Origin: Myxococcota bacterium
GTDB taxonomy: Bacteria; Myxococcota; SpSt-1050
Direction: 5' to 3'
Length of the DNA stretch: 64,000 bases
Assembly (NCBI GenBank): GCA_049969675.1
Contig: JBMFOP010000002.1
Coordinates: 758 to 64,757 of the forward strand
The notes beneath the pieces were generated by a model that worked only from the letters and a program-made list of their open reading frames with translations, searched no databases and was not told the DNA's origin. The position numbers were made by a program, and so were the translations under genes. Every line of letters starts with the position of its first letter. The stretch's first letter is position 1. Positions 9,751 through 17,802 of this stretch are shown here, one piece after another.

Positions 9751-10054
9751 GAAACTAATCATTCTCGTAATTGTGCTTCTGGTCTCTCTGGCTGCGGTTC
9801 TTGTATATGCACAGGGGATTCAGGTTCAGCAGATCCCACAGACTGTTGAACAGTCTCCGGTCCAACCAGCGGTTGGCACCGTTCTGACTCAGGTTCAAAA
9901 GCCCCAGCAGACCAGCACAAACTCCCTTGTATCTCTCTCCCCGGACACCTTTGTGTCTGTAAAGGACCACGGCGATTCACAGACAGTAATGATATACAAG
10001 GTGGATGACCAGGGGAAGGTAAGACTCACACACAAGGCTAAATTCTTTTATTAA
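9743..10054 (+). CDS. Small secreted Gln-rich protein, unknown function
   Basis: Signal peptide (MNKKLIILVIVLLVSLAAVLVYAQG). Q/V-rich low-complexity middle region. Start overlaps jag stop by 8 nt. Coding status uncertain. Confidence 0.4.
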   Translation: MNKKLIILVIVLLVSLAAVLVYAQGIQVQQIPQTVEQSPVQPAVGTVLTQVQKPQQTSTNSLVSLSPDTFVSVKDHGDSQTVMIYKVDDQGKVRLTHKAKFFY

Positions 10055-10090
10055 TCAGACCTATCTCAATTAAATTATATATCATCTTAA

Positions 10091-11422
10091 ATGAAGACAG
10101 ATGATGCTATTATAGCACTTGCCACACCGGATGGCAGAGGTGCTATCGCTGTATTCAGGATATCGGGAAGAGGCTTAAAAAGACTTCTCTCTGATATTCT
10201 ACCTCTTGATAAAATAGAGCCGCGTCTCTTAAAAAAGGTCCTGTTGAGAGATGACAATGGAGATATTCTTGATGAGATAACTTTTGTATATTATGCTGAG
10301 CCAAAGTCATATACAGGGGAGGATGTAATAGAGATATTCACTCACGGTGGGGTGGCAAATTCTAAAAGGATATTGAACTTCTTTGTAAAGAGGGGTTTGA
10401 GGATTGCAGAGCCCGGTGAATTCACATTCAGGGCACTTTTCAACGGGAAGCTCTCTCTTTCAAAGGCAGAGTCTATAGATTCAATTTGCAAGGCGGAGAA
10501 TATTGTTGAATTGAATTCAGCGATTCAGGGACTTTCGGGAAGAAGTGACGAGTGTTTTAGAAAAATATATAATCTTTTTCTTGAAATATATGCGGATATT
10601 GTAAATGAAGTAGAGTTTGTTGAGAATGACCCCAATCTTCTGGTATATAAAGATAGGATAATGGAGCTCAATCATAGTGTAGATGAGTTGATAGACTCTT
10701 ATGAGAGTATAAGGGGGTGTTTTGATGGAGTTGATATAGTAATTGCAGGTAGGAGTAATGTGGGTAAATCTTCTCTCTTTAACAGGCTTATAGACGAGGA
10801 GAGGTCAATTGTAACAGAAATAGAAGGGACGACGAGAGATGTTGTGGACAGGAGGGTCTATATAGGAAATCTACCTGTGAGATTTGCAGATACGGCCGGA
10901 CTGCGTGAGACGGCAGATAAGGTGGAATTGATTGGGCAGAAGCGGACAGCAGAGGAGATAAAGAAGGCGACACTTCTTCTCTATATGATTGATGTAGAGA
11001 AGGGTCTGAATGAATCGGATAAAAGAGTTTTAAGCGAGAATAGAGATAGAGTCATCCTTGTTGTGAACAAGATAGATCTTGACCCTGAATTCTCACTCAA
11101 TTGGGATGGGAGTATCTTTTATATTAGCGCAAAGTTCAATCAGGGGATAGTTGGTCTTATGGGTGGAATCAGAAATTTTCTGATGAATAGAATAGATTGG
11201 GATGCCCGCTCGCTTATCTTTAATAAGAGGCAGTATGACATCTTTCTAAATATAAGAGCTGCCCTTGAGAGGGTTCTGGATGTTATAGAGAGGGGAGATG
11301 TAATGGATATCCTCCTATTTGAACTTCGTGAGGTAAAGAATTATTTTGAGAGCCTGCTTGGATATAAAATGGATGAAGATATCTACAGGAGCATCTTCTC
11401 CCGCTTCTGTATAGGAAAGTAG
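10091..11422 (+). CDS. mnmE: tRNA modification GTPase MnmE (TrmE)
   Basis: G-domain motifs (GRSNVGKSSLFN, DTAGLRE, NKIDL). C-terminal CIGK tetrapeptide typical of MnmE. Conserved position after jag. Confidence 0.85.
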   Translation: MKTDDAIIALATPDGRGAIAVFRISGRGLKRLLSDILPLDKIEPRLLKKVLLRDDNGDILDEITFVYYAEPKSYTGEDVIEIFTHGGVANSKRILNFFVKRGLRIAEPGEFTFRALFNGKLSLSKAESIDSICKAENIVELNSAIQGLSGRSDECFRKIYNLFLEIYADIVNEVEFVENDPNLLVYKDRIMELNHSVDELIDSYESIRGCFDGVDIVIAGRSNVGKSSLFNRLIDEERSIVTEIEGTTRDVVDRRVYIGNLPVRFADTAGLRETADKVELIGQKRTAEEIKKATLLLYMIDVEKGLNESDKRVLSENRDRVILVVNKIDLDPEFSLNWDGSIFYISAKFNQGIVGLMGGIRNFLMNRIDWDARSLIFNKRQYDIFLNIRAALERVLDVIERGDVMDILLFELREVKNYFESLLGYKMDEDIYRSIFSRFCIGK

Positions 11423-11552
11423 AATTTGCCATAGATAAATGGAGGGATTTTCGCAATCGCTTAAAATCATTTAGAGAGAGACGAGAGAGAAAAAGGGAAA
11501 GAAAAAAGATTGACAGGATGGTGAAGGTTATATATTTTTTAAGAGCGAGATT

Positions 11553-11929
11553 GTGTTTGAAATGATTCAAATAATAAACAGGTCAAATTGTCGTTACACT
11601 ACCAAATTATTTCAAGAAAAGATGGGAGGGGTTGTGATGGATAAATGGATTGAAAAGTTTAAAGAAATTATCCCGACCTTGCAAAAGATAAATCCTTCAA
11701 AGATTATAACCTTTGGTTTAAGAGAGAGCGGTAATGCAAAAGAAGCGTCAGATATTGACATAATAGTAGTTTCAGACTATATCAAAGAATTTCTTTCTTG
11801 AAGAGGATGCCTATGCTTTTGAGGATGCTGGATTTTGAAATACATATAGATTTTCTGTGCTATAGGGAAGATGAGTTTGAAAGAATTAAAAATAACTCTG
11901 TAATTGTCAGTTCTGAATTGAAAGATTGA
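11553..11929 (+). pseudogene. Frameshifted minimal nucleotidyltransferase (MntA-like antitoxin) remnant
   Basis: ORF 11553-11801 carries the NTase motif (FGLRESGNAKEASDIDIIVV). The expected C-terminal part (KRMPMLLRMLDFEIHIDFLCYREDEFERIKNNSVIVSSELKD) continues in the +1 frame up to TGA at 11927-11929. Confidence 0.5.
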
Positions 11930-11958
11930 ATAGAAATTTAGCCAATGGAGGTGGATGA

Positions 11959-12252
11959 ATGAAAACAATCAAAGAGATAAAAAAGGTTATTGAGAAAGAC
12001 AGAGAGGTTATAGCAAGGGAATTTAAGGCAGAAATTATAGGTATATTTGGCTCTTATGTTCGTGGTGAGCAGAATGAGTGGAGCGATCTGGATATACTTG
12101 TCAGGTTTAAAGAAGGTGCAACATTATTTGATCTTGTAGGACTTGGTGATTTTCTTGAAGAGAAACTCAGTATAAAAATAGATATAGTATCTGAAAATGC
12201 GGTAAGACCGGAGGTAAAAGAGCATATATTAAAAGAGGTGGTAACAATATGA
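11959..12252 (+). CDS. mntA: Minimal nucleotidyltransferase, MntA-type antitoxin
   Basis: GS-x9-13-DxD motif (IIGIFGSYVRGEQNEWSDLDILVRF). 97 aa. Stop overlaps the downstream HepT-like start (ATGA). Confidence 0.65.
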   Translation: MKTIKEIKKVIEKDREVIAREFKAEIIGIFGSYVRGEQNEWSDLDILVRFKEGATLFDLVGLGDFLEEKLSIKIDIVSENAVRPEVKEHILKEVVTI

Positions 12253-12611
12253 AAAGAGATTATCTTCTTTTTTTGAAAGATATACTCAATGCAGTGGAAG
12301 CAATTGAAAGATTTGTTGAGGGAATGGATCTGGAGGCGTTTATTGAAGATGATAAAACCTCAAGCGCAGTTATAAGAAAATTTGAAATCATTGGTGAGGC
12401 AACAAAAAATGTTCCAGATTGGATACTAAAAAAACACCCCAATATTCCATAGAAACGCATGGCTGGAATGCGAGATAGACTGATACATGGTTACTTTGGT
12501 ATTGATTACAAATTGGTGTGGGAGGCGATAGAAGTTGAAATACCTAAAATAAAACCCGAATTACAGAAAATTCTCAAAGAGTTGGAGAACATTGATGAAA
12601 ACGGTGGATGA
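12249..12611 (+). pseudogene. hepT: HepT-like (DUF86/HEPN) toxin gene interrupted by an in-frame amber codon at 12450-12452
   Basis: ORF 12249-12452 stops at TAG. The same frame continues for 53 more codons (KRMAGMRDRLIHGYFGIDYKLVWEAIE...) and contains the HEPN RX4HXY motif (RDRLIHGY), ending at TGA 12609-12611. Confidence 0.6.
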
Positions 12612-12841
12612 AATATAACAAACACTTATATCCAGATTAGCTGACAAAAACCGGTCGTCAGACAGAAATAAAATTCCAAACAGAGTGCCAGATACTTTAC
12701 CGATTCCACAGATCAAATTTTGTATACAAAACAACTGGTGTCCAATTTAGAATTTCAAAAATGATAAAAAAAGACAGATGAATGAACTAAAAAAGAAATT
12801 GAAATCAATAGAAGGGTAACTTTTCATTCTATAAATTATTT

Positions 12842-14500
12842 CTATTTTTTCAATCTGTATACTGTAAGCAGGTCCACGCCCTCAACGGAGATATTAAATA
12901 GAGCGGGGTAATCTCTGTATCTCTTATATAGTTCGGGATATTCTCTCCACCTCTCTTCATGAGTTAGTACCAGATATTCTGCATTCTGAAGATCAGTGAT
13001 TTTTATATCTTCTCTTAAGATCTTATCTCTCTTAAAGTAGGGGGCTGAGCGAATATATTCTTTATTGTTTGGCAAGAAAGTGACCTTTGCATTATGTGGA
13101 AGATTCTTATTAAACCATCTGGCAAGCTCAACATAGAAGATATCATAATATTGCCTCTCCATACCGGCTTTGAGCGCCCCCTTTGGTCCGCCAATAAAAA
13201 TATTGTAATAGCTCAGATGATATGGATGAATCCTGAAGGTAGAATAGGCGGCTGGCAAGACTGATATCAGGAGCAGGAGTGAGGCAGAGATATAGGTGAT
13301 GACTTTATTTCTCTCATTTAGTTTGAATTTTCTTACAACAAATTCATATATTCCCTGAACCCCTACTCCAGACAAAGCTGCAAAGAAAGGGAAGAATGGC
13401 AGGAAGAGTTTTACTCCACCATATTTTGGCACATCCGGGAATGCCACTGTCCCAATAGTTATAAATGCATTTATCAGGAGAAGTTCATAAAATATCTGTT
13501 GATTTTCATCAGGTTGAATCAATTTCTTATAGGTCTTAAAGAGTGTGAGAGATATCAGTGCAATTCCAGACAGCCCGAGTATTATTGTAAGAGGAGGGGT
13601 TGTAATCAGTGTCATTACAAAGGGGGAGTGCCAGGGCGCAAATGGTTTTTCATAGATTGTCCCGAAGTAGTAGAAGTATATCCCGTAGTGTTTCAGGTGA
13701 AAACCCAGATACTCATTTAGCCTTTTTAAGGTATCATTCCATATCCAGGGCCACATCAGGTAGAATACCAAAAGTCCAATAACAGGCATTGTTAACAGAC
13801 TCAATTCAATCTTTGGGAAACGAACTCCATATCCTTTGATGTATCTGAAATCATCTATATTCTTAACGCCCCAATATGCAAGAACTGCGGCGTAGAAGAA
13901 TGGGGCATTCAACTTTGTTGAGAGTGCAATTCCAAAGACGAGCCCAACAAGTATAGACCATTTCAGGGATTTTCTTGATGCAATATAGGCTGCAAAGGAG
14001 AAGAAGTAGGTAGATGCAACCGCCGCATCCAGTGTCTCTACATGTGAATGAAAGAAGAATCGCGGCATAAATAGTAATAGAATTGAAGATGAGACCGCTG
14101 AGAGAAACCCTACATATCTGTACATCGTATAGCAGAGGAGAAATCCTAAAATGGAGACGATTATAATTATCCCGAGTCTGATGCCGGTGATGTTATTGGT
14201 AAGTTTGAGCCATTTTGTAAATATCAGGTGAGACATCCCCATTACGAGTTTTGCAAATGGGGGGTGTTCATGATTGTAGCTCCAGTATTTATCAATCTCT
14301 GATTGGGCAAATCCAGTAAAGTCCAGCCTTATTATCTTTGTAAAAGTCTCTGTAATCCACTCCGAATACCTCATTGCCGCATTCATATAGAAGTCTATAT
14401 CGTCTGTAAGCCCGATCTCTTCTGTTGTGGGGATTAATACAGCGAGATATAGTATGAAAATAAATAATGATGTGTATAATATTTTCCTTTTTTCTGGCAT
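12842..14500 (-). CDS. GT-C fold membrane glycosyltransferase, PMT_2/ArnT family (GT39/GT83-like), paralog 1
   Basis: Multi-pass membrane protein. First-loop acidic pair (LTDDIDFY) and the family hallmark HPPxxK (YNHEHPPFAKLVMG). Later loop STKLNAPFF. C-terminal ~150-aa soluble domain. ~35-40% identical by eye to the adjacent paralog. Confidence 0.55.
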   Translation of the reverse strand: MPEKRKILYTSLFIFILYLAVLIPTTEEIGLTDDIDFYMNAAMRYSEWITETFTKIIRLDFTGFAQSEIDKYWSYNHEHPPFAKLVMGMSHLIFTKWLKLTNNITGIRLGIIIIVSILGFLLCYTMYRYVGFLSAVSSSILLLFMPRFFFHSHVETLDAAVASTYFFSFAAYIASRKSLKWSILVGLVFGIALSTKLNAPFFYAAVLAYWGVKNIDDFRYIKGYGVRFPKIELSLLTMPVIGLLVFYLMWPWIWNDTLKRLNEYLGFHLKHYGIYFYYFGTIYEKPFAPWHSPFVMTLITTPPLTIILGLSGIALISLTLFKTYKKLIQPDENQQIFYELLLINAFITIGTVAFPDVPKYGGVKLFLPFFPFFAALSGVGVQGIYEFVVRKFKLNERNKVITYISASLLLLISVLPAAYSTFRIHPYHLSYYNIFIGGPKGALKAGMERQYYDIFYVELARWFNKNLPHNAKVTFLPNNKEYIRSAPYFKRDKILREDIKITDLQNAEYLVLTHEERWREYPELYKRYRDYPALFNISVEGVDLLTVYRLKK

Positions 14501-14503
14501 TTT

Positions 14504-16186
14504 TTATCTATCAGAACGAATATAGGTCTGAACCATCGGCGCCTCATCAATATAGACACCGTGTCTTGCCACTTTATTCCCGAAATATCTCCATATTTTG
14601 TAGAGGTCTTTCATATACCCCTTCTGGAAGTGAAATGTGGCGGCGGTGGCATTCTCCGGGTCATTGGCATAATTGATATCTCTTCGTAAAAATCCATCTC
14701 TCTGATACATCCTGTATGAATCGTAATTTGTCCTCTGAAAGTAGACCGAGGAGTTTGGAGGTAGATTTTTATTTAAATAAGGTAGTTCATAATACCCAGC
14801 AAATCCCCAGAACTTTCTCTGCATCTCAAGGTCTGCTGCACCCCTTGTCCCTCGCACAAATTCGTTGTAGAAGCCAGTCCCTATTGGATGAATATATATT
14901 ATTCCTAAGATTCCAGTGAGTATTATTAAAGATATAGTGGCATATTGAATTTCTCTACTGAATTTAATGAGTGAAGGCTTAAAGGAGATGACAAATTTCA
15001 GAAGGGTCTCAAATTCAAGTGCCCCGAGGAGACAGAAGTACGGCATGGCGTTGAACCAGTGTTTTACGCCACCGAAGATTGGCACAGATGGGAGTGAGAT
15101 GAGAAAGATAGGGAAGAAGGCATTGAGCAAGATTAGTAGCATAAAGGCGCGGCTCTCAAGTGTGGAGTAGATTTGAGGCGTCTTTCTTATCCATTGGACA
15201 ATCAACCAGAATGTTGTTCTTAAAGAGCCAATTGCGCCGAGCGTCCAGATGACCGCCGGTACAGTAATCATAGTTATTACATATGGGTAAGATATGGGTA
15301 AAGGGGGCCTGTCGTATGTGACATTAAAATATGAGACCGGGTAGTGTTCGTGATGAAGATGGAAATTGTAATAAGCCCCAAGCCTTGCAAGGACATCTGG
15401 CCAGAGATATGGCCAGTGTCCGATTAATATAATTGGTCCAAATACCAGCATAGAAAAAAATGCGAGCGGTATTGTGGGAATTGAGAGTGAGACACCACCA
15501 TCTTTATCTCTATAAAACCTGAGTTCGTTGTGCCTGAGATAGATTATGTAGATAATCAATAAAAATGGTATGAAATATGCATTGTGCTTGGTTGCAATGG
15601 CAAATCCGAATATTATTCCGGTAAATATTGCCCATTTAAATGAATAGATTGACTTAATAAATGCATAAACTGTAAAGAACCACATCGCCGTAATGGGGAC
15701 ATCAAAACAGGCGAGGTGTGAATGGAACCAGAATCTTGGAATCACTGCCATCATAAGTGTTGAGAGTATGGCAACTCTACGATTGAAGAATTCTGCTCCA
15801 AATAGGTACATCAAAAAGAGGAGCAGGCCGGCAGAAAAGATCCCCGGGAGTCTGAAACCGGTGGAGTTGTTTGTTAGTTTCAGTTTATTGGTAAATATCT
15901 GCCAGGAGAAACCAAAGAGCTCCTTCATAAGAACTGGATGCTCATGATTGTAATCAAAGTATCTATCTATATTTGCCTTTGTAAATGAGGCGAGGGGCCT
16001 CCCTTTCTTTATATTCTCCAATAGTTCAACAAACCAGCCATTATATTGTTCGGCGGCTTTGAAATAGTACCCTTCATCTCTCACAAAGCCAATATCTTTA
16101 CTCGTGGCAACAAGAGTGATTATATAGAAAAGGGCAATTATGAGGGCGATTATATAATCTTTCTTTGTCAGTCTATTCCTGTTCAT
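14504..16186 (-). CDS. GT-C fold membrane glycosyltransferase, PMT_2/ArnT family (GT39/GT83-like), paralog 2
   Basis: Loop-1 DE motif (FVRDEGYYFKAA). HPxL motif (YNHEHPVLMKELFG). RLPGIFSAGLLLFLMY resembles the ArnT/PMT RLPSALFG arm. ATKHNAYFIPF. 3 bp from paralog 1. Confidence 0.6.
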   Translation of the reverse strand: MNRNRLTKKDYIIALIIALFYIITLVATSKDIGFVRDEGYYFKAAEQYNGWFVELLENIKKGRPLASFTKANIDRYFDYNHEHPVLMKELFGFSWQIFTNKLKLTNNSTGFRLPGIFSAGLLLFLMYLFGAEFFNRRVAILSTLMMAVIPRFWFHSHLACFDVPITAMWFFTVYAFIKSIYSFKWAIFTGIIFGFAIATKHNAYFIPFLLIIYIIYLRHNELRFYRDKDGGVSLSIPTIPLAFFSMLVFGPIILIGHWPYLWPDVLARLGAYYNFHLHHEHYPVSYFNVTYDRPPLPISYPYVITMITVPAVIWTLGAIGSLRTTFWLIVQWIRKTPQIYSTLESRAFMLLILLNAFFPIFLISLPSVPIFGGVKHWFNAMPYFCLLGALEFETLLKFVISFKPSLIKFSREIQYATISLIILTGILGIIYIHPIGTGFYNEFVRGTRGAADLEMQRKFWGFAGYYELPYLNKNLPPNSSVYFQRTNYDSYRMYQRDGFLRRDINYANDPENATAATFHFQKGYMKDLYKIWRYFGNKVARHGVYIDEAPMVQTYIRSDR

Positions 16187-17124
16187 TTTAAATCCCTTGT
16201 ATCGGCATAGAAGCAGAAATGTCTGACCCCATCTAAGTGTGTGCTAACTCTAAAGGTTATTTTATGGGGACCATCTTTAAATCTCTTTGTATCAATATCA
16301 AATCTATGAGCACCTATCTTATTCGGGTTGGTGTGATATAGCATCTCTTTATCGTCTATCAATATGCTTAAAAATACAGGTGAACCCTCAACATATCTGA
16401 CTGCCTCATCTGTAAGCCCGCTAAATCCAGCAATCTTATCCCCGAATGTGATATCCTCAAAGTTGATTTCAATAATTGAATTTGTAATCGGGTGAGACCA
16501 TATACACTCTCTACCTGTGCCATCTATATCCAGAATCTCTCTACCAATATATTGCCAGTCTGGACCACCACATCTCCATTTCTCATCCTTAAAATCTTTA
16601 CACTCCTTAATTTCATTCCCTTTTAATATTCTAATCTTTGCATCTCTCAAATTTTTGAGAAAACTATATTTTATTACTGCTGGTTCTGGATTTTTATATG
16701 TGTATAACTCTAACTTGCCGAAATCCTTTTTTGAAATAAAATTGAACTTACCTCTTAAAAAGCCATCAGATTTTTTACCATAACCAAAGACAGAAAAGAC
16801 ATATATATTCTCATAAATTGACAGATCTTCTTTTGTAATATCTCTTGGATTTATAAGATTGAGCTCTCCTATATACTCTCTTGCACGCTCCGCCCAGAAT
16901 GGTTGAAGTATTACTACATCTCTCTCATTGTTGAAGCTTCTCTTGAGTTCTTTTGATATATCTTTGTAATCTTCTATGGAAGGTCTTGAGAGCGGGCTAT
17001 AAATATACCAGCCAATTGAAAATATGAGAACACCCACAAATGCACACAGAGAAATAATATTAATAATTTTCAACATTCTCTCAAAGGACATAATGGCAGA
17101 ATTCAATATAATAAAATTTCTCAA
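16183..17124 (-). CDS. Membrane-anchored protein of unknown function, co-transcribed with the GT-C pair
   Basis: N-terminal TM (IINIISLCAFVGVLIFSIGWYIY) then a ~270-aa soluble domain. ATGA overlap with the downstream glycosyltransferase. The true start is probably an internal Met, since the annotated N-terminus runs into the IS remnant. Confidence 0.4.
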   Translation of the reverse strand: MRNFIILNSAIMSFERMLKIINIISLCAFVGVLIFSIGWYIYSPLSRPSIEDYKDISKELKRSFNNERDVVILQPFWAERAREYIGELNLINPRDITKEDLSIYENIYVFSVFGYGKKSDGFLRGKFNFISKKDFGKLELYTYKNPEPAVIKYSFLKNLRDAKIRILKGNEIKECKDFKDEKWRCGGPDWQYIGREILDIDGTGRECIWSHPITNSIIEINFEDITFGDKIAGFSGLTDEAVRYVEGSPVFLSILIDDKEMLYHTNPNKIGAHRFDIDTKRFKDGPHKITFRVSTHLDGVRHFCFYADTRDLK

Positions 17125-17762
17125 ATTTCAATAATTATATAAGTTATAGACTTTTGCGGTATTTCTCCTTTTTCAATTAAGTATTCTAATGGGCTTTTTA
17201 ATCCCAACGATTTATGCGGCCCCTGTGTGTTATAAAATATCATATAATCTGTGAGTCTCTGATTAAACACTGCCTTTACATCCAAATTGTTGCCAATAAA
17301 TTCCTCTTGAATAGGTAATCCCTCACTGAAGCGGGGTAACGCTTTTGGGTTTGTCCATCCCAGATAACGATCCCTACACCCAATGTGACGAGGAGCAGAA
17401 CACCAGCCCAAACTGGCTACGACTCTCCTCCTGGCAAAGGCAAGATTACTCCAGATGCTCCCCTACAGACCGATTGTATCCCAAATAGTGATATTGTTCA
17501 ATGAGACCATTATAGGGCTTTTGGAGGGGAGTCCTTCTCACTCTATAGAGATGAACCATCTGCTTCGCTGTGGGTTGGCTGAGATAACTTCTCTTATTTT
17601 CTCTTGAATTTTACCACGGTATCCAATCTTCTCGCTCATAATTTTTAGATAACATATTGAGAAGCAGAACGAAAGCACTTTTTTAGATCTTTTAAAACGG
17701 AAAAACGGAGGATTTCCCCGCGTCAGTGAAACATTACAAATAATTATAAAACTATATTGCAT
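17121..17762 (-). mobile_element. Degenerate IS remnant (rve-type DDE transposase C-terminal fragment with frameshifts and stops)
   Basis: ORF 17121-17411 ends with the integrase-core C-terminal motif (FNQRLTDYMIFYNTQGPHKSLGLKSPLEYL). Upstream fragments in other frames (LIEQYHYLGYNRSVGEHLE stop; MSEKIGYRGKIQEKIREV...). No intact transposase ORF. Confidence 0.5.
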
Positions 17763-17802
17763 TTACTAAATTTTTATATTAAAGAAAATCACCTGTCTAA
17801 GC

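Noticed and set aside
17121-17762. Possibility of an intact, active IS element
   Set aside because: Transposase fragments are split across three frames with internal stops, and no terminal inverted repeats were identifiable. It is treated as a remnant only.
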